DNA of 64,000 bases from Podarcis erhardii (taxonomy: Eukaryota): the NCBI GenBank assembly GCA_964252035.1, contig OZ176200.1, one strand, 5' to 3'. Positions 12,782-24,169 of this stretch are shown in pieces. The notes beneath the pieces were generated by a model. That model was not told where the DNA came from. It was given only the letters and a program-made list of their open reading frames with translations, and made no database searches. A program made the translations under genes and the position numbers. Position 1 is the stretch's first letter. Every line of letters starts with the position of its first letter.

Positions 12782-15269
12782 TTTAAAAAGAAAAAAGAAA
12801 AAGGTAATACCTGTGTGTAAACAACAGTAACAGTGAGAGTGAAAAGATCACCTCTAGCTGAATCCTAACTGCTACTTCACGGGGCCTCTAACTGCCAGCT
12901 GCTACAAGGCACCTGTTCAAAGAATTTAGGATTCAGTATGACCTGTCAGCTTATCGAAAAACTCGAAAGGTCATTGCCAGGTTAGATTTTGGGGATTGCA
13001 GATTCTTGTAGGGTGGAATTCAACATTTCATTTTTCCAGTAGTTCTGTCTGCACAAGTATTCATCCTTGCCAGATGGGACAATCCTCCCTTCTCCCCTGA
13101 ACCCTGTTCTCCACCCAGCCGCCCAAGCCAATTTCAGAAACACAGAGGGCAGAGACGGAGGGAAATCTATGTTGCACAAGCAGGAAGTCCTTCAGCTGAC
13201 GTGGTTGGTTAGGTGAATCCCATCTGTAATTAGTATTCAGCCATTAGCAGAACTGCTACTCCAATTTTTCACTGAAAGTAACTGTGACAAAGAGGCAAAT
13301 AAAGCTTTTGAAACCAACAGGCCCCATTTCTGAGCTTTATTGCATGCCCAGTCACTATGAGTGGGTATCAGTGACGCAAGAACATTGCTTTCCCTATCGC
13401 TGCCTATTTTGTAGATTCTCTCTTTTAAGCTATGATCACACAGTGCTGTTTACATTCCCTGTGGGAGCTCCTCTTGCTTAATTTGCTGCCCTAAATGGGA
13501 AAGCTTTTATGTAAAGCTTAATTGGATGCGTGTTTTAGAAATGGTACAAGAAGAGGTTAAATGGATGTTGCAGGAAATGCAGGTAAATTGGCCTGGTTGC
13601 TGGCGGTTGTTTTATCCTGCAACATTTTTCAAAACCAGCTGTTCCGGAACCAGGAATGAGGAGCCATCCCCTTCCACAGCAGAATAAGGTAGTGTCAAGA
13701 GAATAGCATTTCATATGCAAAATGTACTTTGAACCTGTTTGAAAAAAATCCCATGCACGTGGTTTGATTTCAGATTCCTAATACTGGTGTATCTTTGCTG
13801 GTAACACTGGCCTCTTAGCACATTTCCCAGCGCTTGAAGGAAGCTCCCTTGTGGATTCTATCTCTCTCAGTCTCAGTCTCCTTCCTAGGCTGGGTACTTA
13901 GCATTGATTGCTTTGGCTTTATATGGCATTCTCAGATTCACAGCCTAATCAAGTATTCATAAATATTGGTTTTCTCCATGAATTTTACATTTTGAATGGG
14001 ATCCAGTTTCTGCCATCTCTTAGGCAATGATATAATGAAGCCTCCATGAATTTGCAAACATGCAACGTGACAATTTAGTATCTTATAATGAAGGATATAA
14101 TGATCAAGGATTTTTGTGTTTGCGTTGGACTGATCAAATACCAACCTTCAGTTCTGTGAGCTCAAGAGAATGCATAGACTACCACCAACAAAAACTGTTC
14201 CATAAAATAACATTTATGAGAATTTAATCTCTCTTTGGGGTGGGAGGTTAAGCACAATAACGCCTTTTAATGTGAGAATTTTGGAGGTAGCTGGGGTGGG
14301 GGGAGAACCAGCTTTGTTGCTCCAGTGTGGAGTTTTCAAGTATTGATTTATTTTTTCAAAGTAAGCTGTTACAAGCTTTACCCTTGTAAAATTTATGGTG
14401 CAAGTTTTCAACATTGTAAACCACTCTGATGGGGCATAAGCAAAAACATATTTATTTATTATTTTACCTGTGGTTGTAATTAGATTAGAACAATTCAAGA
14501 GTAGCAATTTGTTGTCTGTCTGCGAAGACGTCCTAAACAATCCATTCTGTGCGTTTGATTGTGTTTGCACTAAACTGTTATTACTATGATTATGATTGGG
14601 GCTGCTTTGTGCTAGATTTTATATGGATGTGTGTCTCACTCCCAGCAGGATCCTTTAAAATTGTATACAAGAAAAATACTTCATTATTCTCTCTTCTCCC
14701 CACTAACTGGATACAAGGCAGTGCCTACTGTCAGTCGGTTGAAAAGACACAATAAGCATTCTGATTGGTACAATTAGCTTTTCTCTATTTTACACATTGC
14801 CGTCACTTGGCTACTGAATTTGAGACTGTGTAAAAACATCAGCATACATACACAGAGTTCCTGTCGGAACAACTAGTCTGCAAATAACAAATAATTACTA
14901 TGCTGTCCTTATTCTGAAAGTATGTGTAAAATCTGCATTAAGTAGTTGAAAGGTAATTTGCTTTTTAAGATGTTAGTTCAAATGACTGGAAGGAAAGACG
15001 AAGGAGTACTAAAGAGCAAGAAATGTGTGTAATGTCTCTTGACTCGTAACTGAAATATGGGTGTGTTACTCTATGCTTTATTTAGAACGCACAGATGATT
15101 GACATGAATAGCTGTATCCTTCATGTTGCCTGTGGCAGCATTACTGTGAAGAGATTAAGTAGGCCTTTAGGTAAGAATTGTAATCTAATGGAAAAAAGAA
15201 CTGGAAAATGACAGGGTGTTTTTTTTTAAAAAAGGGGGGGGGGCTCCACTATCAGTTCTCTACTCTGTA

Positions 15270-15511
15270 CAGTGGTACCTCGGGTTAAGTACTTAATTCG
15301 TTCTGGAGGTCCGTTCTTAACCTGAAACTGTTCTTAACCTGAGGCACCACTTTAGCTAATTGGGCCTCCTGCTGCCGGCGTGCCACTGGAGCACGATTTC
15401 TGTTCTCATCCTGAAGCAAAGTTCTTAACCCAAGGTAATATTTCTGAGTTAACAGAGTCTGTAATCTGAAGCGTATGTAACCTGAAGCGTGTGTAACCTG
15501 AGGTACCACTG
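15270..15511. mobile_element. Tc1/mariner-type MITE, 242 bp
   Basis: TIR cagtggtacctc(g/a)ggtta with TA dinucleotide on both sides. Same family and length as 53379-53620. Confidence 0.9.
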
Positions 15512-16279
15512 TATTAGTATAGTCAGTTCTTACTTATCATATAAAATGGTTGGAGAGCATAGTGTTCTCTGCATGATATTCTTGGATATAAAATGCAAAG
15601 TTTATTTTCCTGGAAGACTTCCTGTCTACTTAGATTGTGGGCCCTCGCTGCACTATACAGTATATTTAAAAGATTGTCAATCCCTTTTATCAGTTGTTAC
15701 TTCCTCCAAAGAATCCTGGGAATTGTAGTTTGTTAAGGGTGCGGAAAATCATTGGAAGACCTATCTTGTCCTTACATAGCTGCAATTGGTAGAGTTCCCT
15801 GGGAAGGATTTATAAACCACTTATGAGTTTTCCTCAGACTAGAATGTTGCTTCCTTGTGACCATATAGGACCAGAGCAGAGCAGCAAGTTAAAATGGACC
15901 CTGTTCCTTGTTTTGCAATTGACCAGCTTCATTGTTTTAATTACCGTACTACTTTTAACAGCCTGATTCAAAGTTCCATGTGTGCTTCCATAGTCATTAG
16001 GAAATGTTCTGTCCATTTTAATTATTGTTAGCAATCTGCAAAACCAGTCTCTAAAAGCAATATACTTTTAGAGACAGATTAAACCTAGGCATTTCTACTT
16101 GGAAGTAAATCCCATTGTGTTCAATAGTGCTTACTCCCTATGCCTGCTGCCCTTTCGAAATTGCAGAGTTCTGGATTAACATAACTAAGAATTGCAATTA
16201 CAGATAGGTAGCCGTGTTGGTCTGCCATAGTCAAAACAAAACAAATTCCTTCCAGTAGCACCTTAAAGACCAACTAAGT

Positions 16280-16330
16280 CAGTTCTTGGTATGAGCTTTC
16301 GTGTGCATGCACACTTCTTCAGATACACTG
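16280..16330 (-). ncRNA. Mirror copy of the hammerhead motif (antisense to SYT9)
   Basis: Reverse complement of 17101-17151 in the left arm. Confidence 0.7.
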
Positions 16331-17100
16331 AAACAGAAGTTTCCAGACCCTTCTGTATAGTGAGAAGGTGGGGAGGGGTATTACTCAGAAGGGTGGTGGG
16401 AATGGGTGATTGGCAGATAGCTGTGATGAGCCTGTTGACGACTCTTAACGACTGCAATAGGTCTTACAGGAAAAAGCAAGGGGTGAAAAGGTGAAAAATG
16501 TCTTTGTCATGTATAATGAGATAAGAATCCAAGGTCTTTGTTCAGACCAGGTTTCTCCATGGTTTTAAGTTTGGTGATAAGTTGTAATTCAGCAGCTTCT
16601 CTTTCCAGTCTATTTCTGAAATTCCTTTGTAGTAAAACAGCTACTTTGAGATCTTGTATAGAATGTCCTGGGAGATTGAACATAAATAAATAAATCGGAC
16701 ATAAATCGGACATCAGGAATCACAAGACAGAGAAACCAGTAGGAGAACACTTCAATCTCCCAGGACATTCTATACAAGATCTCAAAGTAGCTGTTTTACT
16801 ACAAAGGAATTTCAGAAATAGACTGGAAAGAGAAGCTGCTGAATTACAACTTATCACCAAACTTAAAACCATGGAGAAACCTGGTCTGAACAAAGACCTT
16901 GGATTCCTATCTCATTATACATGACAAAGACATTTTTCACCTTCTCACCCCTTGCTTTTTCCTGTAAGACCTATTGCAGTCGTTAAGAGTCGTCAACAGG
17001 CTCATCACAGCTATCTGCCAATCACCCATTCCCACCACCCTTCTGAGTAATACCCCTCCCCACCTTCTCACTATATAGAAGGGTCTGGAAACTTCTGTTT

Positions 17101-17151
17101 CAGTGTATCTGAAGAAGTGTGCATGCACACGAAAGCTCATACCAAGAACTG
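17101..17151 (+). ncRNA. Minimal type I hammerhead ribozyme motif in the Penelope pseudo-LTR
   Basis: Stem I CAGT-GTAT / ATAC-caaga-ACTG; core CTGAAGA (17109-17115) plus one extra A; stem II GTGTG-CATG-CACAC; GAAA; palindromic AGCT mini stem III; predicted cleavage after TC at 17138. Activity is untested. Confidence 0.72.
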
Positions 17152-17240
17152 ACTTAGTTGGTCTTTAAGGTGCTACTGGAAGGAATTTGTTTTGTTAAGA
17201 ATTGCAAATTAGTGATGGATCAGTGTCTTCTTGTTGTATA

Positions 17241-17333
17241 AACAAAATAAAAAAATTCCTTCCAGTAGCACCTTAAAGACCAACTAAGTTAGTTCTAGGT
17301 ATGAGCTTTCGTGTGCATGCACACTTCTTCAGA
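17241..17333 (-). mobile_element. 93-bp Penelope pseudo-LTR fragment inserted separately
   Basis: Nearly identical to the pLTR of the adjacent element. Perfect 13-bp TSD ttcttgttgtata (17228-17240, 17334-17346). Confidence 0.85.
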
Positions 17334-17507
17334 TTCTTGTTGTATAGTAAAGGTGCCTATAGCTGCAATCCTATAGACCCACTTGCCTGGAAGAATCTGA
17401 CAGAAGTTTATAACCTATTCAATTATTTTAAGAATCCTGCATTGTTTTGTTTTGTTGCAAGGTGAGAAGCAATAGGGTGCAATGGGATAATATCATGCAT
17501 TAATCCT

Positions 17508-18118
17508 GGCTGAGACCCTACCTGCTCGCAGACTGTCTCGCCAGAGTGGTGCATGCTCTGGTTATTTCCCACTTAGACTACTGCAATGCGCTCTATGTGG
17601 GCTACCTTTGAAGGTGACCTGGAAACTACAACTAATCCACAATGTGGCAGCTAGAATGGTGACTGGGATTGGCCACCAGAACCATATAACACCAGTCCTA
17701 AAGGATCTTCACTGGCTCCCAGTACGTTTCTGAGCACAATTCAAATTGTTGGTGCTGACATTTAAAGCCCTAAATGTCCTCAGTCCTGTATACCCATAGG
17801 AGCGTCTCCACCCTTATCACTCAGCCCGGACACTGAGGTTCAGCTCCAAGGGCCTTCTGCTGGTTCCCTCGCTACGAGAAGTGAAGTTACAGTCAGAGGG
17901 CCTTCTCGGTAGTGGCACCCTCCCTGTGGAATGCCCTCTCTTCAGATGTCATAAACAACTATCTGACTTTTAGAAGACATCTGAAAGCAACCCTGTTTAG
18001 AGAAGTTTTTAAGGATTGATGTTTTTATTATGTTTTTAGATATGTTATAAGCCTCCCAGAGTGGCTGGGAAAGCCCACCCAGATGGGCGGGGTATAAATA
18101 ATAAAATTATTATTATTC
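17508..18118 (+). mobile_element. 5'-truncated L2 LINE (ORF2 C-terminal remnant and tail)
   Basis: Reads ...VHALVISHLDYCNALYVGLPLKVTWKLQLIHNVAARMVTG...HITPVLKDLHWLPVRF, typical of L2, and ends gggcggggtataaataataaaattattattatt. Confidence 0.88.
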
Positions 18119-18820
18119 CATCACCCTTTTTAGTAGAAAAGATGCTATGTGAATAAAGAAGTCAGATCATGAATAAGTAATAAAAAGTATTCCCATTGCT
18201 GTAGTTCATGGTAACCTATCAAATTTTATATTCTAGCCCTAGTGAGGATTAAAGGCTTCTTGCCTTTTTCATGCAAAAGTGGATAGATTTCAGAGTGCCC
18301 TTTCTCTTTCAGTGGGTTGGCACAGGAAGCTCATTTTACATTTTCTGACATTTGCATCTTTTCATACTTCAAGGGGATAAAGGTCCCTTCTTACAGAAAT
18401 CTCTGCAGAGGTCTGTATCTTTTCTTTTTGTAAAGGGTACTTAATATTTCTATAGTAAATTCAATAACATTTTGAATCCAAGCAGAATGGGAGGTGAACA
18501 GCAGGTGCAGAGAAATGTCCAGCATGAATGCATTTGCTGTTTTCAAACAAGCGGCTTCCTTCTTGGCGTAAACTCAATAGCAACTCAGCAATCTGCAGAC
18601 ATCCTTTTTTGGCTCATAAAGTGGGAAACTTGAAACATGGTACTTAGCTGTACAGAAAAATATTAGTGTTTTATTCTGAGCTATAGTATTAATGCTGGAC
18701 TGTGTACTTTCTGCAGTATAGCACTCCAGGTTCGGAGAAAATTATCCAAAATAACCATAATTACACAGGTGTGTGCTGCCCATGGTCTGTTTGTCCCAGG
18801 ATCCGCTGTGAAATTATTAA

Positions 18821-18982
18821 ATAGAGCACATAATCTGCATGCAGAAAATCCCAGATTCGGTCCCAGTTTTTCCAGGGATGGCTGGAAAAGTTGTCTGGAG
18901 TTCTGCTGCCAGGGAGTGTAGGCAGTACTGAGCCAGAGGAAACAGTGGTCGACTTGATATAAGCCAGCTGCTTATATTCCTA
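18821..18982 (+). mobile_element. Old tRNA-derived SINE
   Basis: Degenerate tRNA-like head (tagagcac...tgcatgcagaaaatcccagattcg) and tail ...gatataagccagctgcttatattcct. A similar tail fragment lies at about 1350-1408. Confidence 0.55.
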
Positions 18983-19724
18983 TTATTTGGGGCAAAGAAT
19001 GGAGGGTATGTGGATTGGTGGACTTTAACGGCATGTTCCAGGAAATAGGAGGCAGTGTAAGGTAAGGTTAAAAAAAGCTGAGAATGCCTTTGAAAATTTA
19101 CTTCCTGGCCATGAGAAATGTTACTTGCTTCTCATCTGGCTTCTTCCACTAGGTATTGCCGATGTGTTAGTTTTCTGTATCCGTGAAGCAAGGTAAGCGG
19201 AATTTTGTGCTATATATCCAATTCCACATGTGTTGCAATCCCACAGATGCACTTGCTGTTGGCTATACAGTACTTCTCTTCCCCCTCACCCCCATTACAA
19301 CTAGCTTGCTGCAGTGCAATGTGGAAAGTTTATGAGGGCTGCTTCCCAAATGACTTGCTGCTCTTATCCATGCCTTTCCCATGCGGTTCACTGTTTACTT
19401 AGAGTTTGCTTATGTGTGTGTGAAAATTGTCCCGTTCATAGTTAATGTAGGTAGGCCAGAATTGTGTGGGATTGCTGTCTTGCTAAAGGGAAAGGGGCTC
19501 TTTTTCAAGGCAATAAAAGAAACACCAAGTTGATCCTTTATCAGGGGGTTATTTGCTATGCAAGAATAGAAAGCAAAGCATTAAAGAGACGAGACCTCAT
19601 CGCCCTTTGAGTTGCTGGAAAAGCTCCTCCAGAACAGCAAAACAGTCTCTCACTCTGTCTGTCTGTAGCTGGCACTGGGATCTCCCGTTAAGCAAGAGCA
19701 TTACTGGGCTTTATCCTATTTTTA

Positions 19725-19885
19725 ATGCGCAATGGGAGGAGTGCAGAAAGAACCGCCATGGTGCATCTGCAGCAGCACAACCGGATGCCTTCATCTGCCC
19801 CAGCTGCAACAAAACATGTCTCTGCAGCCACAGCAGGCGCTGCAACCTGCAAAGGCACTCTCCCCCAAGGCAGATGGATACCAAC
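19725..19885 (+). mobile_element. RTE-clade LINE 3' fragment
   Basis: Encodes ...AFICPSCNKTCL-[deletion]-SHSRRC, the terminal zinc-finger-like motif of RTE ORFs. Homologous to the - strand copy split at about 24170-24255 / 25139-25240. Confidence 0.65.
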
Positions 19886-22020
19886 TCTGAGGATCTCATC
19901 AAATTTTTCCACTCTCCTAACTGGTGGCTTCAAATGACTGGCAGGTCACCAAGAGTTATGGCTGTCCAGTGCCTTATCTTATCCTTGGTGTTTTGTAGTG
20001 CTAATTATATTGCCAGTAGAAGGTAGGAATGCCAAGGTGCATTGAATCCGCTCACTTGGGGTATTGCGCGGGGGGGGGGGGGAGCATAAGTGTGACAAAC
20101 AGGCAGCCGGTTCTTGTATACATAAAAGAGCTAAGGGAATGTAACGCATCTTTGTAGTTCAGATTTCTCCTTTCTCTGTTTGTGTGTGTATTTCTAAGTT
20201 GTCTGCCACTTCAATGTTTAATGCTATTTAGTAACTCTTTAGTGCTCTCTCTCCTTTCTGCTTTGCATTCCCTCCTTTGGGAAAGACAACAACGGATGAC
20301 AATGGGGCTGTGCTCCTTAAATGTGTTTTCTGAAAACGTGGAAGCATTTAAAGTTTAAACTACTGCTTTTACTCTTCCTTATGGGGAGGCATAAGGAGCC
20401 TGAATGCTATAAATTGGACCTCTGGGGATGCTCACACTCTTAGATCTTAAGCAGGTAGGGCTGGGGAAAAAGGAGTTTGATTTCACACAGATACATATAA
20501 AAATGCAGTCAGTAAAAATATGTTTTCTTCCTGACAGTAGTATGACCTAGTATTGTTGAAAACCTCCTTAAACACAGCAGAGAGACTGCAATCTCCTGGG
20601 AAAGTAAGGTCACTGGTTTGAAGCAGTGCATGAACCACATCTGCTGACCTTGATGTACCACCATAGAAAATGAGAAAAGCAAAGGGAGGGGGAGGAAAGC
20701 TTTGATAGGCCATCTCAGCCTTCGCGGAGATGGTCTGCTGGTAACAGTCACAAGGTAACTATGCCACACCAGTTTCCAAGGAGATAGGACAAATACCTTG
20801 ATATGGTGAAGATTAGAATTTCCAGGCATTACGATAGTAGAATTATATGCCCCCTCTCCTCTGCCTTAATATTTAGAATCTCCTGTATGATATAAAGGAG
20901 ATTCTGATTATCTGCAAGAATAAGTGGGACACATAGCCCCCAAAATTTGTGTTTACTGTCAATGTAGCTGAGCTGTGGCCTTTACAGCTGTTGTGGTGCT
21001 GGTGCACTATTGTGATTCTTTTGAAAAGTGAGCTTGTAAGAAAAAAAATCGCCTTTACCTTGAAGATTAACAAAGGCCTGAAAACTGTACAATTCCATTG
21101 AAGCTTCTGTACATTTGGGCAGCCGGGGTCTGTTGCAAGGAGGTGCAAGTTCCTGACTCCAGGCCAAGAAATAACAGCCTGCAGGAATATATTTAGGCCT
21201 AGATAAATAGGTTCAGAGGAGCTGAGCTGCACCAAGGAAGATGTAGTGAGGTTGAGGGTAAATCACAAGTGTAAGTAATATGAAGGCGGCTCCATAGGAA
21301 TAGAGTATTTTAACGCTGGAGAGACAACTGCTTGGAACACTCCTTACCTGAGGCAGCTCTACTCCAAGGATGCTGCAAGGGACTTAATAGCTATGAATAG
21401 TGAAAGGAATAGGTGTGAATCATATACTCAGTAATCAAAGGGATTGCTTGCAAACCATTGCCTTGTCAGCAGCACCATTTAGTCATAGTAAATTGTGTGT
21501 GTGTAACTATGAAACACATCAGCTTAAAAGAAATAACAGGAATAAAAAAAGGAATGTGCTGAAAAAGCAAAGCATTTCATTCTACTCATCCGTTAGTGTC
21601 TCCTAAATGCATGACTACAAATATATCCTCAAGAGATCAGTGGCGTCCAGTGAAAGTTTTCATAGGGGACAGTTAGGGCCACAGGCACCAGCTTGTGAGG
21701 GCGATTCAGGGAGGGTGATATCCTGATATCCCATGTTTGGGCACCGTGCCTCCCTCCCAAATCTGGGCAGAAGCTCCCTGGGCTTTGGGAAGTAGGCACC
21801 AGGGCTTTGACAAGATGCTGGAGCCCTTCTGCCTCATTCCCAAAGCCAGGTGGGCTTTGGGAAGGTGGCCAGAGGGCTCTTGCACCCCACCAGAGCATCA
21901 CACCTCCCTCCCTAAGCTGGGCAGGAGCTTCCTGGACTTTGGGAAGGAGGCACCAGGATTTAATAGTCTAATTTACTGAGAATATTTGGGAGACCAGCCT
22001 AGTCCCCCTAGTTCATTGAT

Positions 22021-22022
<2 letters not shown>

Positions 22023-22054
<32 letters not shown>
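22023..22054. repeat. (CA)n microsatellite, about 16 units
   Basis: Direct reading. Confidence 0.95.
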
Positions 22055-22057
<3 letters not shown>

Positions 22058-22365
22058 CTTCTTGATTTGCTCACTTTCTGTAGGTGGGGAGCTTGCATCT
22101 TTTGTTGTTTGCTTGAGTTGTGCGTTCTTTTCCTTCTAATGTTAACTGCCTCGTGAACCATTTCTGATAGAGGGGCAGAAAATAAAAATAAACAAATGAA
22201 ATAGTGAGTCGTTTTGCAAAGTTTCTTGTAGGGCATCCTTACTACACTTTGACTGTCTCTTCACTGCTGCCGGAACCCCATTGGTGTAGAACTCCTATTG
22301 CTGGGGTCACAGTTTCCTAGCAGTCAGTGAGAGGAGATTACTTTTCCTTCTTCCTCAATCTAGAA

Positions 22366-22501
22366 CAGGCATAGGCAACCTCGGCCCGGCAGATGTTTTG
22401 GGACTACAATTCTCATCATCCCTGACCACTAGTCCTGTTAGCTAGGGATCATGGGAGTTGTAGTCCCAAAACATCTGGTGGGCCGAGGTTGCCTATGCCT
22501 G
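22366..22501. mobile_element. Short palindromic hAT (Charlie-like) MITE
   Basis: Long TIR caggcataggcaacctcggccc / gggccgaggttgcctatgcctg. TSD atctagaa / ctctagaa (7/8), matching the nTCTAGAn preference. Confidence 0.88.
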
Positions 22502-23785
22502 CTCTAGAAGCTAGCAATTCCATTGCAGTAGTTGTCCCTTCTCAGAAATTGCCTTCCACACCTATAGCTAAACGTAGTAGGGGTTCAGGGGGTACTTGAG
22601 GATATGCAGCACCCGCACCTCTTTTTGTTGTTGTTAAAAAGTGTGGCATTTACTGTAAAAACTTCATGGTATCTACTGGCACCTATTTTTCTAGAAAAAA
22701 AGCACTGGCTAAACATATAGATGCAGGAAGGAGGCCACGCCTCCTGGCCCCACCTGCAACATCACACCTCTTGAGCCCTAGGTATCTGTGAAGAAAGGAA
22801 GATGCTTTCAACAGTACATATGAAGACTTGCCCATTACAGACATCACACACCATGCCTAGATGTCATGGGGGAAGAGAGCACATCATCAGGGATGGGGCT
22901 AGGAATGAGGCTGTGGTTGTATAAATCTCCCAAGCACGGGGCATTGCGTGAAAAGAGCAGTCTCATTTCCCACACAGTTTTGTGATTTTATTTTTAATCG
23001 TTCTTTAGCAGCTGAGCAGCCTTCCTCTGTCCCACATGGCCGTTAGTAGCTCTCCTGTAACCCTTTAAAAATACCTGCAAGGCTCTCTTTCTCTCCCCAC
23101 CCGCACCCCACTGCTGCCTTTCCCCAAGTAGCGCTTCACTGTTTGTGAATGTTTTCTGTATATTTGGTGCAGCACATATTTAAGAAGCTTTGCAAAAATC
23201 TCCGTAAATGGCTGTTTCTTTTAGCCTCTTTCTGTTGTTTCTCTCTGTAGTAACCCAGATGTGTCAGCATGGCTACAAGATAAGATAATAGTAGGATTTT
23301 GTGAAAGGTGAGCAAATTGCCTATTCTGTCAGTTCCCTGTGACTTAGAACACCCCAGGAAAACAGGTGAGCCATTTGGAGGCTTCCAGGTTAAAGAACAA
23401 TTTGAAAGAGGGATGGTTGTTACCCAAAATTATAGACTGTGGGTTGTTATAGCCATCGGGTTTTTGGAAACATGGAAATACTCTTGACTTCCACTTACCA
23501 TGTACAATACAAAAGGCCTTTCTTCTTTCTGTTGCCGCTTAGTCACCAACAAGGATTGTTGTACTGCCTTGGGAGGTCCCTGCTAAAATTTATTTGAGGG
23601 CCTTGTGAATGAGTACCCAAATAAAAGCCTGACATTATTATCCACAAAAGGGTAAATCGTCCTGCATGACAAAAAGCACCTGCCCTCTTGCAGCTGTTTT
23701 GAAAAGAGAAACAGCTACTTTTCACAATTTCAGCAACATCTTCTATGTTAATCACGTACATTCTTTGAAGGCTGTGTGATGTTCT

Positions 23786-23813
<28 letters not shown>
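23786..23813. repeat. (TG)n microsatellite, about 14 units
   Basis: Direct reading. Confidence 0.95.
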
Positions 23814-23817
<4 letters not shown>

Positions 23818-23820
23818 AAC

Positions 23821-24057
23821 TGTTAGGTTGTGGGCGAACATAGCAGATGACACAGCGATTTCTCCAGAGCAGCTCTTTATTTGGACAGAACTGAACAGCA
23901 AACAGCTCAGCCGGCCTGCTTTTATAGGCAGCCGGCTGTCAACATTGTAGCAACAACAACCCAGGGTTTCCCGCCTAAAATAACTGACGTGGACCTGAGT
24001 GAAAACTATCTACAGTATCCCCCTGCTGGCCCAGGGTGAGAACTTCAGTACACAACA
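23821..24057 (-). mobile_element. Solo LTR (237 bp), probably Gypsy type
   Basis: TGTT...AACA termini, flanks taaac / tacac (4/5), and on the - strand TATAAAAG (about 23920-23927) upstream of AATAAA (about 23876-23881). Confidence 0.7.
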
Positions 24058-24169
24058 TACACCGTGAGACACTCACACACGAAACAAAAAGGGAAACAGG
24101 CTTTTTATTATTTCATTTATGTAAAATCTTGATACCTTGTCTTACCATCCATTAGGCTCCAAGAGGTGT

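Larger units (their letters stand above)
16198..17196. mobile_element. Penelope-like retroelement insertion in inverted configuration (GIY-YIG endonuclease C-terminus plus pseudo-LTR)
   Basis: + strand about 16712-16923 encodes IRNHKTEKPVGEHFNLPGHSIQDLKVAVLLQRNFRNRLEREAAELQLITKLKTMEKPGLNKDLGFLSHYT*, the HFN...E...GLN signature of Penelope GIY-YIG C-termini. It is mirrored on the - strand at 16507-16680. Flanking direct repeat taagaattgcaa (16186-16197, 17196-17207). Confidence 0.9.

Noticed and set aside
16291-17140. Twin 67-aa ORFs (16291-16494 + and 16937-17140 -) as a duplicated gene
   Set aside because: They are the antisense frame of the Penelope pLTR, mirrored by the inverted repeat.
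19950-19980. REST/RE1 site (also about 43225-43245)
   Set aside because: Only the GGACAGC half matches; the left half-site is absent.
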